Below, piece by piece: positions 18,131 to 27,018 of a stretch of 64,000 bases of DNA (the stretch's first letter is position 1; the number at the start of each line of letters is the position of its first letter). The notes under the pieces were generated by a model. That model was not told where the DNA came from and did no database searches. It saw only the letters and a list, made by a program, of their open reading frames with translations. A program made the position numbers and the translations under genes. Source of the DNA: a virus (Duplodnaviria > Caudoviricetes); the IMG/VR virus record IMGVR_UViG_3300046131_000022, positions 9,146 through 73,145 of that record, one strand, 5' to 3'.

Positions 18131-18617
18131 TACTATTTTCGCTTTGGAGTTCGGGCAACTATTGGAGAATTTTTTATATTCTTCAATTGATCGTGACGAA
18201 CAAACAAAAATAATTTGTAGTAGTTTGGGTTTAAAAAACCAAAACCAATTAGCTCAAATCTTTGCAGGTTACGATGTACCAACAACAGCAAGTATATTCG
18301 AGCTAATTAGAACGTTAAACGATCAACGTTTAACTGATCGTTTTCTAAACCTACAAACAACACTAATGGGAGTAAAACCAAGTGGCGAATATGTTGAAAG
18401 AGAAACAAATTCTCACATTCCAAAAATTGATAGCCAATCCGAGATTTCTGGATCGGAGTCAGGCAGGGACAGGGAAAACACCAACGGAATGTTGTTTAAC
18501 AGGGTACATCATGAGGATTCAACCGAATCAAATCCTCAAACTACTGCCAAAAACGAACAGACACAATCAATCCACCACGATTGGGGTGACGAAGAAATCG
18601 ACTTCAACTTACTTTAA
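18111..18617 (+). CDS. Hypothetical protein, helical N-terminus and acidic disordered tail overprinted on helicase
   Basis: 168 aa, GGAG RBS; last 236 nt overlap the helicase in another frame. Confidence 0.55.
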   Translation: MNRKNLDTIFALEFGQLLENFLYSSIDRDEQTKIICSSLGLKNQNQLAQIFAGYDVPTTASIFELIRTLNDQRLTDRFLNLQTTLMGVKPSGEYVERETNSHIPKIDSQSEISGSESGRDRENTNGMLFNRVHHEDSTESNPQTTAKNEQTQSIHHDWGDEEIDFNLL

Positions 18618-20043
18618 CCCTTCGTGGACAAATATTGATGAGCAAAACTTCCTACAACCTACATCGGCTCGAATAGTTACTGCAGGGAAATATAACTGTC
18701 GGGTGATTTGGGTTCAACCATCTTCTTTAATGAGAAAAAATCAAGAGGAAATTTTAAAATGGAATCCAGATCTAAAGCCAGAACAAGTCCAACTTATTAA
18801 AGGAACCCAAAGTCAAAAGAAAAAAATATCTTTAGACCCAAATGTTCTCGTCTGGATTATGACTGCAGAAGCTTATGCCAAACATATCTTAGACATGCGA
18901 AATAAGTTCTTTGATATTGTTCAAATTATTTGTGACGAACCACATTTATACTACCGTGGTTGGACAAGTAAAAGGACTCAAGCATTTGTTCAAGGAACCC
19001 CCGATTGGTCAAGAATTAGTTTCATGACAGCAACACCAACACCACGAGGGAAACTACAATCGGCTTACATTTACTGCCACATGATCCAAAGAAGTTATTA
19101 TCAAAGCTTTGATTTTTTCATGAAGCAACACGCTATTGTCGATGATTATGGAACACCTTCTGAATGGATTAACCATGAGGTTTTGCAGAAATTCCTTTTA
19201 CATTATTCCATTTGTTGGACGACCAAAGACATGTATGGTGATGTGGAAGAAATAATTCTTCGTGACGTTGTTAGTATGGAGAAAAGTGTTGAAGACGTTT
19301 ACCGAACATTCGAGCAAGCTGGAATTGCTGAAATTAAAGATGCGGTCTTGGAATCCAAAACAGGGGGAGTCAACAGTCTTCGAGTACGCCAAATACTGGC
19401 ACATCCCCAAAAAATCTCTTTACCCAACAATTGGGACTCTAAAGGAAATCCAACAAGCTATGCTGAAGTTTCCATCTACGAAGGTGACACACCCAAAATG
19501 GAGCGAATCTTGGAGTATGCAGAAGAAGGTGAACCACTAATTATTTTTGGAACTTTTATAGCTGAAATTGAAGCCATAGCTCGATTTTTAGCTAAGAAAG
19601 GTTTCAAAGTAGGGTTAATACATGGGCAAGTTCTTCGCAGTAGACGAGACAAAATTGACGAAGAATTTAGAGCTGGAAACCTAGATATTATCGTTGCTTC
19701 TGCAGCTACAGCAGGGGTTGGGTATAATTGGGGACATGTGAATACGGTGATTTTCCACAGTTTAAACTATGGAGACGATGAATTTTTACAGGCTGTTGCA
19801 AGAGCCAAACGAGGTGTCCGAACCGAAGTATTGAAGGTAATTTTAATTGAATACGAAAATAGTGTAGACCAATACGTTATGTGGGCAGTACATCACAACT
19901 CAAAAAGTAGTAATGCTGCAAACCCAGATAACCCTAAAATTTATTTCCCTAAAATGGAAACAAAAAATAATTCTAATGATCTCAATGAGTTATTAAAAGA
20001 GTTCATGGAATTTAAAGAAGTTGGTGAAAAAATGATCGCTTGA
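18382..20043 (+). CDS. Superfamily 2 DNA helicase
   Basis: Walker A AGTGKT, motif II DEPH, motif III TAT, motif V AGVGYN, motif VI QAVARAKR; GGGAG 9 nt before GTG. Confidence 0.9.
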   Translation: MANMLKEKQILTFQKLIANPRFLDRSQAGTGKTPTECCLTGYIMRIQPNQILKLLPKTNRHNQSTTIGVTKKSTSTYFNPSWTNIDEQNFLQPTSARIVTAGKYNCRVIWVQPSSLMRKNQEEILKWNPDLKPEQVQLIKGTQSQKKKISLDPNVLVWIMTAEAYAKHILDMRNKFFDIVQIICDEPHLYYRGWTSKRTQAFVQGTPDWSRISFMTATPTPRGKLQSAYIYCHMIQRSYYQSFDFFMKQHAIVDDYGTPSEWINHEVLQKFLLHYSICWTTKDMYGDVEEIILRDVVSMEKSVEDVYRTFEQAGIAEIKDAVLESKTGGVNSLRVRQILAHPQKISLPNNWDSKGNPTSYAEVSIYEGDTPKMERILEYAEEGEPLIIFGTFIAEIEAIARFLAKKGFKVGLIHGQVLRSRRDKIDEEFRAGNLDIIVASAATAGVGYNWGHVNTVIFHSLNYGDDEFLQAVARAKRGVRTEVLKVILIEYENSVDQYVMWAVHHNSKSSNAANPDNPKIYFPKMETKNNSNDLNELLKEFMEFKEVGEKMIA

Positions 20044-20063
20044 AATTGTTTTAAATAAAGTAG

Positions 20064-20092
20064 TTGACAAGATTATCATTTTAAACCAATAT
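20064..20092 (+). promoter_or_regulatory. Sigma70-type promoter
   Basis: TTGACA-17 bp-CAATAT. Confidence 0.55.
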
Positions 20093-20099
20093 GTACCAC

Positions 20100-20171
20100 A
20101 TCACTTGATAAATTGTTTTAGCGTAGTAGGTTTAGACCGAAAGACCTTAAACTAATATCAAGTGATTTTTT
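20100..20171 (+). ncRNA. Candidate ~70-nt sRNA or attenuator leader
   Basis: Perfect 11-bp closing helix ATCACTTGATA/TATCAAGTGAT around a 45-nt loop, then T6; starts at the predicted +1. Confidence 0.4.
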
Positions 20172-20209
20172 ACCTAAACAGAAACCTAAATCGAAACAGA
20201 GAAAATATC

Positions 20210-20953
20210 ATGATTGATCCAGTTCAAGCAGCATTAGACGCAGCAGCAAACCAAGCGACACAAGCAGCAACTACCGAAACAGTTGAAGTAATTCAACAAG
20301 AAGCAGTAGCTCAAAATCAACAAGTCAATCAAAACACTGGCTTACAAACCGTAAATACTTCAGTTGCTACTCACCAAGCACCTGCTTCACCATTAACAAT
20401 GGATGACAGTGCGGTAACTGCAGTTTCAGGCGTAAGCAACTTCGTAAAATTACGCGACGGTGGTTTAGAACTTGACGGTGAAAAATTTGGACCAACCAAA
20501 TTTAAACTAAAAATGGATGGTGTAGATAAAGGTGGTGCATACCAACCATGTTTTGCATGTAACTACAATAGTCCAGCAGGTCAAGTTTATACTCGTTCAT
20601 ACGATGGGGTTAAGACTGTAAGTTTAAATCCTTCACACGATGGTTTAGACTGGAATCAAAACGTAGCTTTATGTCAAGCGAAAGATCCAAAAGCATTTAC
20701 TTATACTGCTTTTGAATTAACGCTAGAGTTGGCAGAAGACACTGTTTCGGCAGATGGAAAAACAACAATTCCTGCAGGAACAAAAATGGGGTACACCACA
20801 CCATATACTGCAGCTAAAACCTTAAAAGCCCTTTGGGATAAAGCTCTTTCAGAAGGTAAACGTGGTGAAACTTTTGTCGTAGAACTTTCTGGTGAAGAAG
20901 TTAAAAACGACAAAGGTAGTTACAAAAAATTAATTTTAAAACAAGTAGATTAA
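20210..20953 (+). CDS. Abundant replication-module protein, possibly SSB-like
   Basis: ATG 20210 (track start 20162 is an upstream GTG); Ala/Gln-rich N-terminus, highly biased codons, between helicase and exonuclease; function inferred only. Confidence 0.55.
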   Translation: MIDPVQAALDAAANQATQAATTETVEVIQQEAVAQNQQVNQNTGLQTVNTSVATHQAPASPLTMDDSAVTAVSGVSNFVKLRDGGLELDGEKFGPTKFKLKMDGVDKGGAYQPCFACNYNSPAGQVYTRSYDGVKTVSLNPSHDGLDWNQNVALCQAKDPKAFTYTAFELTLELAEDTVSADGKTTIPAGTKMGYTTPYTAAKTLKALWDKALSEGKRGETFVVELSGEEVKNDKGSYKKLILKQVD

Positions 20954-20971
20954 TTTGTTTTAGAATAAGAA

Positions 20972-21004
20972 CAAATCCTCAGTCGAAAGACTGAGGATTT
21001 TTTA
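20972..21004 (+). terminator. Intrinsic terminator
   Basis: AAATCCTCAGTC-GAAA-GACTGAGGATTT then T run. Confidence 0.85.
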
Positions 21005-21023
21005 ATTAAATAGGAAAAAGCAA

Positions 21024-21479
21024 ATGATAGAAAAAATTAAAGTGAACCACCTTCAAGATATAAAACCCACCACAGATAGTTTGGAAACTTTAGTTTTTGC
21101 ACATTATAGGGTTTTAGATCGTAAAAGTCCAAGACCAAGTATAATTTTTATAGATTTTCAAGGGAAAATAATCCAAACTTGGTCTTTAAGATCCGAAAGT
21201 CTTATAGATAGATTAATCCCATCAATAATTTTAAGATTAAGTAAATTAAGACAAGAAGAAAATTTAAAGAAACAATGGGTTTGTGATAATAAACAGGCAG
21301 ATAAACTAAATAAAATTTATACTGAAAGTGATATAGATTGGGCAGCAAAATGTACTGAAAGTGATATAGATTGGGAAGCAAAATATGTTGGATTAGTAAC
21401 GGAAATCTTGGAAAAGCAACATAATTTGAAAGGTTTGTATCAACTAATTGAACGATTAGAAAACGAAAGAGGGTGTTAA
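21024..21479 (+). CDS. Hypothetical protein with internal 11-aa duplication
   Basis: TESDIDWAAKC/TESDIDWEAKY from a 33-bp tandem repeat at 21321-21386. Confidence 0.65.
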   Translation: MIEKIKVNHLQDIKPTTDSLETLVFAHYRVLDRKSPRPSIIFIDFQGKIIQTWSLRSESLIDRLIPSIILRLSKLRQEENLKKQWVCDNKQADKLNKIYTESDIDWAAKCTESDIDWEAKYVGLVTEILEKQHNLKGLYQLIERLENERGC

Positions 21480-21482
21480 AAT

Positions 21483-22295
21483 ATGAAACCTATTAAAGTT
21501 CGCTTAATCGACGGAAACAATCAATTCCTCATCAATTATGCTAAAGCCACAAGTTACCAAGACCTAGTTAGACGCTGTGAGCAACTACACTTTGGTTTTG
21601 ATGCCGTATACTGGACATGGGATGGTTTCGATTCTCGTGCTAAAAGACGAGAAATCTTCCTTGGGTATAAGAATACAAAATCTCGTGAAAAGAGTAAGCA
21701 AGACACAACTAAATATGATTTGATGAATCAGTTTAAAAAACAAGATTTACCAAACATCGGTGGGGTCTACTCAATAGATATTCCAAAAACAGAAGCAGAT
21801 GATATTATTCGATCATTAGTTCGTCTTTTAAAAGAAACTAATGGAGACAATATCTTAATAGAAATTGCATCTAATGATGCTGATTTATTCGACTTAACCA
21901 GTATTAGCGGTGTCAGTCAACCACAAAGTAAACTGCCAAAAAACTGTGGTAAGCCCGAAGATATTCCATTATATAAAACACTTGTGGGTGATTCTGGGGA
22001 TAACATTAAAGGATTACCAGGTTTTGGTGAATCAACATGGTCTAAACTAACACCGTTGGAAAAGGAATGGATTCAACATGCTTTAGAAATTGAAAAAACT
22101 GGTTTCGCAATTCCTGAAGCTGTTTTCAATCAAAACCCAAAATTATTCCAAAAAATATTGGATAATTGGGCAACCATAAAAATGTGTTATTCTCTAGTCA
22201 ACCCTATTTGGGTGACTAACCAAGAATTGTTTATGAACCTAAAAAAGTACCCTAAAGTTTTAAAAACCAACGGTACTAAAATGACGATGGATTAA
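21483..22295 (+). CDS. 5'-3' exonuclease / flap endonuclease
   Basis: LIDGNN, WDG, R..I..GYK, EADD, SNDAD, GDSGDNIKGLPGFG motifs. Confidence 0.9.
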   Translation: MKPIKVRLIDGNNQFLINYAKATSYQDLVRRCEQLHFGFDAVYWTWDGFDSRAKRREIFLGYKNTKSREKSKQDTTKYDLMNQFKKQDLPNIGGVYSIDIPKTEADDIIRSLVRLLKETNGDNILIEIASNDADLFDLTSISGVSQPQSKLPKNCGKPEDIPLYKTLVGDSGDNIKGLPGFGESTWSKLTPLEKEWIQHALEIEKTGFAIPEAVFNQNPKLFQKILDNWATIKMCYSLVNPIWVTNQELFMNLKKYPKVLKTNGTKMTMD

Positions 22296-22298
22296 GTT

Positions 22299-22706
22299 AT
22301 GACTGTTACCTACAATGGCTCAAATAAAAAAGAGTTAAAAATTGATGGTGTTTTAGCTTTAAAAGCAGCAAATGGTGAAGGTGAATCAATCATTACTGAA
22401 ATATATAAATTCAGTAAGGGTGAAAAAACAACCACACCGAAACACATGTTTTTAGTTGAAAAACAAAAAGCATGGTTGAGCACAAGTAAAAACACTGTTG
22501 TTATTTTTGATGTTTCTAATGATCAAAAAACTTCTTTGGCAGCTACCAAATTGGTGAAAGATTATTTAGCTCAAGAAAATGCTAAAGAATTCAGCACCAC
22601 AACAGGTGGAATCACAACAACAGATTCAGGCGTAGCCTTAGCCACAGACACAGGCAAGGCTTTACAATTACATGAATCGAAAGAGAAGAATGTAAGTAAA
22701 AAGTAA
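22299..22706 (+). CDS. Hypothetical protein
   Basis: 135 aa, Thr-rich C-terminus. Confidence 0.65.
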   Translation: MTVTYNGSNKKELKIDGVLALKAANGEGESIITEIYKFSKGEKTTTPKHMFLVEKQKAWLSTSKNTVVIFDVSNDQKTSLAATKLVKDYLAQENAKEFSTTTGGITTTDSGVALATDTGKALQLHESKEKNVSKK

Positions 22707-22727
22707 ATAGCTTGAAGCACTTAAAAT

Positions 22728-22761
22728 TGATAAGATACCTCACAAACAGTGAGGTATTTTT
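22728..22761 (+). promoter_or_regulatory. Extended -10 overlapping an RBS-occluding hairpin
   Basis: TGaTAAGAT 22728-36; stem ATACCTCAC/GTGAGGTAT 22735-57 holds GAGG; TTTT then ATG. Confidence 0.6.
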
Positions 22762-25700
22762 ATGTCTGAACAACAAGTAGAAATTTTCGCAAGAAAATTA
22801 AAGGATTTAAACGTACCAATGGATATTGGTGCTGACCCAAACGCTTTTTCACAAGTGAAAATAGCAACAGGAAATATGCCAGAAGGGTTTTCAACTTTTG
22901 AAGGTTTATATTTAATTCACATTATTCAAATTCTATCTAAAATTTCAGATAAGTATTTCGAACCAATGCAGCAAGAAGAATTTGAATTACGATTAGCTGA
23001 ATTAATGGCAGATTTTCAAGCTAAAGCTGACGATATTGTGGCTCAAGGTTTCTATAAAACTTATGCAAAAGAGGTTGATCTTTTAGCACAAAAACCAACG
23101 GTTGAAAATTTATATGCCAAAGCTATAGATACAGCAAAGGTTTGGTTCTGGCAAAGAACAAGTGCTGCAGAAGTTACGCCAGTAACAGGTACTTGGACTG
23201 ACACTGGTTTATCCGAATTGGACCAAGCAAAAATCTATGCTGATCAAGGCATCAAAGAATATGTGACTTATCAAAATTATATTGGTCCAGTTCAAGTTCT
23301 GAGAAATGGTACAATTTGGGAATTACCTGCAGGTCAAACCGCGAATGGCACAGAACCTGAAGCACCAGGTGTAGATGCACGTTGGATCAATAAACTTGTA
23401 CCTCGACTTTATAAAAATTTAGATGAGACGTTCAATACTTATGCGACTTTAGATAGTGTGAATCAGTTTGATATTAATCGTGTGTACTCTCGACTACTTG
23501 ATGACTCAATTAAAAAAATCTCATTAGTAGGCAAAGACGTTGATAAATATACTTTTGCTCATTTACGACAGTTTTATTTGAAAAAGACAAGCACGGGTGT
23601 CACTGTAAATATCATTATTGCTTTGACAAACAATACATCTGACTCAGATACAGCAAATGACATTGAATTTAAGTTATACGGGAATCCTGAACATGTACCT
23701 GATTCATCTGGTCACATCAAAGTTTACAGTAATTCATCTATTCAACAGCTTGAATTAGTACTTGATGTCTCTAAATATCAAGCAGATATTCAGTATGGTT
23801 TTGTGCAAGGCTCTAAGAAAAACGGTTTAATGAATATTTCTGCTTTTAACTATGTTGAGCAAAAATATTGTTATGCAAATATCACTGATGAAGTATCTCC
23901 GCAACGTGGAAACCCTTTTGCTTTAGCTCGTTCACTGCAAAATGTGACGATTCTGGGTGATTTCACAAATAAAAAATTACAGTTCACTCGACTTGAAAAA
24001 ACAGCAAGTGCAGTAATTTTAGATTTAACAGTCAATGATTATGTGCTGAATACAAATGTCGTCCTACGAAAATCGTACACTCATGCAGAATTTACAGGTC
24101 TTTTAAATGTAAGTGCATGGGCGGTAAGCGGAGCGAATAGTACACGATTAAACTATGGCGTAGCTGCAACAATAGATGCAGCATACTTAAATCAGCATTT
24201 TAAAAATCGTGCGACATGGAAAATACTTCCGATCGTTGCAACACAACCAATTTCTAACATTTCGTATGTGACTGAAATCCGCTTGCTTGATCAGTACGAT
24301 TTTCCGAGCGGCGGTTACTGTGACTATCGCGGTTTTTATTCAGAGACGGCAGGCTACAGACGCATGAGCGCAGGTGTGAAAATCCCAGAAGGTGCTGTAT
24401 CAATCAAAGCGACAGGTGGTTTTGATAAAAATGCAAACATACTTTTTGGCGACTCGACAGGGCGCCTAATTCAGTACGGTTATGCTTGGAAAGATGCTGA
24501 TGGGTTAACGAAGTATAGCGGTGATGAAATCAAAACTTCACTAGAAGTTGCGATTCCTGCGGGCGCACACTATCTTCATATGGCTACGCTTTCTGCAAAC
24601 TTAGCAACAACAACATTGAATGTCATTGGTGATTTCAAGTACACGAAAAAGACTGATTTCAAAAGCATTCAGGAGGTCTTGGTTGATAAAACCAAACCCG
24701 ATGGACTATATACAGCTCAAAAGTACATGTTCCGCAAAAACGGTAATTTAATCAACAATGTGCAAGTCATTGATGGTACAGATTTAGCAAAAGCCGACAC
24801 ATACTCTGCAAGCGCATTAATTAAAGGTAGCGGTTTTGGTCAATTGGTGTTTTATAAAAATGGTAAATACTACTTTTATAACGGCAGCACACGTGAAATC
24901 TACATCGAAGAAAACGGCGTAAAAACTGTTTTAACAAACCCATCTATGCATCCTGTCGCTTGGGAATTTGGTATTAATCAAGGTCAAGGTCGAACAGTGC
25001 TTGAAGTGCTAGATGATGATTCAATTCTGTTTTGTATGCTTGAAAGCATTGTTGGTGATCAGCGTTATTCGCTTTGGAAAATGAAAGTCGGTCAAGTCCC
25101 AAAACGTTGCTTTATTTATTCACATGATACTTACACTGATACAACTTCTGCTGTGAAATTTGCAAATGGCTGTCCGCTGGGCGAGTGGTCTTTTAGCTAT
25201 GCACGTGGGTTAATTTTTGCGACAGAATACGGGGCAGGGACGTCAAAATGGTGGTACGAGTACGGTGAAAGCGGTGGTAATGGTCGTGGTGTATCTTCAA
25301 AAATGTGGGTGTCGAAAGACCAAGGTGAAACTTGGTATTTGTGCTTAAATTTGAATGAGTTGAAAGACGCAGCGCAGGGCGAAGCTGATACAAACTGGAA
25401 GTATTTCGATAGCACATACAACAAGAATATGAGTCATATTCATTGTGTTAAGTATGATAGTTATGCTGATCGTATCTATGTCACGAATGGCGATAGTGTT
25501 GGAATGCTTATTTCATTGTCAGTTGATGAAATTAAGAACTGGTTGACTACTGCAACACCTGTTGTTGCTGATGCAGTGCTAAATCCAAATATTGCAACAG
25601 GTTTGAATTGGAACGCAGTGAAGCTCAATAGCTGGCAATGGCATTCAAACATTAACTATCACTGTATGCGCCAGCAACACACCGCACTTTATCCGATCGA

Positions 25701-26127
25701 GAAATGCTTACTTATGGGTCATGATGCAGCACGAGAGTTCATGTACATTGCTCATCGGGATGGCATTTTAAGTGAAAGCACACTGAATATTGAGCCATCG
25801 TATAACTGGGAGTTCAGATCTGACTTTAACGCTCAGTGGGAATTTTTCGACAGTCAGACGCGCACAGATGGTTTCGTCATGTCGATGACTCGTCGTAATA
25901 AGACCGAGCCGATCTTAATATTTCACTCAGCATCAGGCAAAAACTGTCGAGTGTGGGCAACGTACAACGGTGTCAATCATCGTAAAGTCTTTGAGAGTGA
26001 GCTAAAAGAAATTCAGTTTGGATGTCGAGTGTTTTTCGATGAAAGTGGCAATATTTTGCTATCAAGCGGAGCGAGTGCAAGCTCAAATGAAAGCGGATAT
26101 TTCAAGCTAAGCATTGATCGAATTTAA
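22762..26127 (+). CDS. Tailspike / receptor-binding protein, possible capsule depolymerase
   Basis: 1121 aa; TGTWTDTGLSELDQAK linker typical of Acinetobacter (pro)phage tail proteins; Asp-box SKDQGETW in a beta-propeller-like C-terminus. Confidence 0.65.
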   Translation: MSEQQVEIFARKLKDLNVPMDIGADPNAFSQVKIATGNMPEGFSTFEGLYLIHIIQILSKISDKYFEPMQQEEFELRLAELMADFQAKADDIVAQGFYKTYAKEVDLLAQKPTVENLYAKAIDTAKVWFWQRTSAAEVTPVTGTWTDTGLSELDQAKIYADQGIKEYVTYQNYIGPVQVLRNGTIWELPAGQTANGTEPEAPGVDARWINKLVPRLYKNLDETFNTYATLDSVNQFDINRVYSRLLDDSIKKISLVGKDVDKYTFAHLRQFYLKKTSTGVTVNIIIALTNNTSDSDTANDIEFKLYGNPEHVPDSSGHIKVYSNSSIQQLELVLDVSKYQADIQYGFVQGSKKNGLMNISAFNYVEQKYCYANITDEVSPQRGNPFALARSLQNVTILGDFTNKKLQFTRLEKTASAVILDLTVNDYVLNTNVVLRKSYTHAEFTGLLNVSAWAVSGANSTRLNYGVAATIDAAYLNQHFKNRATWKILPIVATQPISNISYVTEIRLLDQYDFPSGGYCDYRGFYSETAGYRRMSAGVKIPEGAVSIKATGGFDKNANILFGDSTGRLIQYGYAWKDADGLTKYSGDEIKTSLEVAIPAGAHYLHMATLSANLATTTLNVIGDFKYTKKTDFKSIQEVLVDKTKPDGLYTAQKYMFRKNGNLINNVQVIDGTDLAKADTYSASALIKGSGFGQLVFYKNGKYYFYNGSTREIYIEENGVKTVLTNPSMHPVAWEFGINQGQGRTVLEVLDDDSILFCMLESIVGDQRYSLWKMKVGQVPKRCFIYSHDTYTDTTSAVKFANGCPLGEWSFSYARGLIFATEYGAGTSKWWYEYGESGGNGRGVSSKMWVSKDQGETWYLCLNLNELKDAAQGEADTNWKYFDSTYNKNMSHIHCVKYDSYADRIYVTNGDSVGMLISLSVDEIKNWLTTATPVVADAVLNPNIATGLNWNAVKLNSWQWHSNINYHCMRQQHTALYPIEKCLLMGHDAAREFMYIAHRDGILSESTLNIEPSYNWEFRSDFNAQWEFFDSQTRTDGFVMSMTRRNKTEPILIFHSASGKNCRVWATYNGVNHRKVFESELKEIQFGCRVFFDESGNILLSSGASASSNESGYFKLSIDRI

Positions 26128-26211
26128 ACAAGAAGCCCCAACATCAACACTAAATTTATTAAAAATCAAAATTATTAAAAAACAGAATTATTAAACTAAA
26201 AGCATATTAAA

Positions 26212-26248
26212 TGTTATTATTCCCCTGAACAATCAGGGGAATAATTTT
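26212..26248 (+). promoter_or_regulatory. Extended -10 overlapping an RBS-occluding hairpin
   Basis: TGtTATTAT 26212-20; 13-bp stem 26216-28/26233-45 holds AGGGGA; TTT then ATG. Confidence 0.6.
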
Positions 26249-26686
26249 ATGAAGTTTTTAGAAAAAATAAAAACTTTTAAATATACTTTTATTGGTTTTA
26301 TCATCACTTATCTAAGTATAGTGTTGTTTTCACACACAGCTTTTGCTCAAACAAGTACACAATCAACTGAATTTGTTTTGTTTTATAAAAATGAGTTTAC
26401 ATTTTTATTGTGCGTAATAACTCTAATATTAGGATCATGGTTGGGTGTTAAATTACCAACCATAAGTGGGGAACAAGAACTAGATAAAAGTATAAAGTTT
26501 GTAACAGCTCTATTAGGTGGAGTTTTAGCGTTTATTTATTGTTTACAAAAAGATAAAGCTTTAACCCTAATGAACCCATTTTGGATCGCAGTGGCTAGTG
26601 TTACGCTACCACTAACAATCTTAACTTTACGTGATAAAGTTTTAGCGTATGCTAAAAGTATAAAGTTCACAAAAAATGGTGAATAA
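26249..26686 (+). CDS. Putative holin or antiholin (multi-TM)
   Basis: About 4 hydrophobic segments, basic C-terminus, upstream of endolysin. Confidence 0.55.
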   Translation: MKFLEKIKTFKYTFIGFIITYLSIVLFSHTAFAQTSTQSTEFVLFYKNEFTFLLCVITLILGSWLGVKLPTISGEQELDKSIKFVTALLGGVLAFIYCLQKDKALTLMNPFWIAVASVTLPLTILTLRDKVLAYAKSIKFTKNGE

Positions 26687-26960
26687 TATGCAAATAACTT
26701 TTTATACTATTCTTTGGGCATTGTTAGCTCTTTGTAGTGTTACAGGAATTTATTTCTTCAATAAAAAAAGAACATTTATGACTTTCTTAACTTCCAGAAA
26801 GTATTTGCTTCTTTTCATTGTTGCATCCCTATTCGGTATGCGCCAAAGTTATTGGGTAGCCTTCATATTTATGGGTATAGCCTTGTTCTTAATGTGCTTG
26901 GACTACAAACCATATATAGAAACTTGTAGGAGATTGAAGAAATTTCAAGAGAATAAATAA
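26676..26960 (+). CDS. Putative holin (multi-TM)
   Basis: About 3 TM segments, highly basic C-terminus, directly before endolysin. Confidence 0.55.
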   Translation: MVNNMQITFYTILWALLALCSVTGIYFFNKKRTFMTFLTSRKYLLLFIVASLFGMRQSYWVAFIFMGIALFLMCLDYKPYIETCRRLKKFQENK

Positions 26961-26980
26961 AAGATATTTGTATATTAAAC

Positions 26981-27018
26981 TGCTAAGATAATCCTCAACA
27001 TTGTTGAGGATTATTTTT
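26981..27018 (+). promoter_or_regulatory. Extended -10 overlapping an RBS-occluding hairpin
   Basis: TGcTAAGAT 26981-89; 12-bp stem 26988-99/27003-14 holds GAGGA; TTTT then ATG. Confidence 0.6.
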
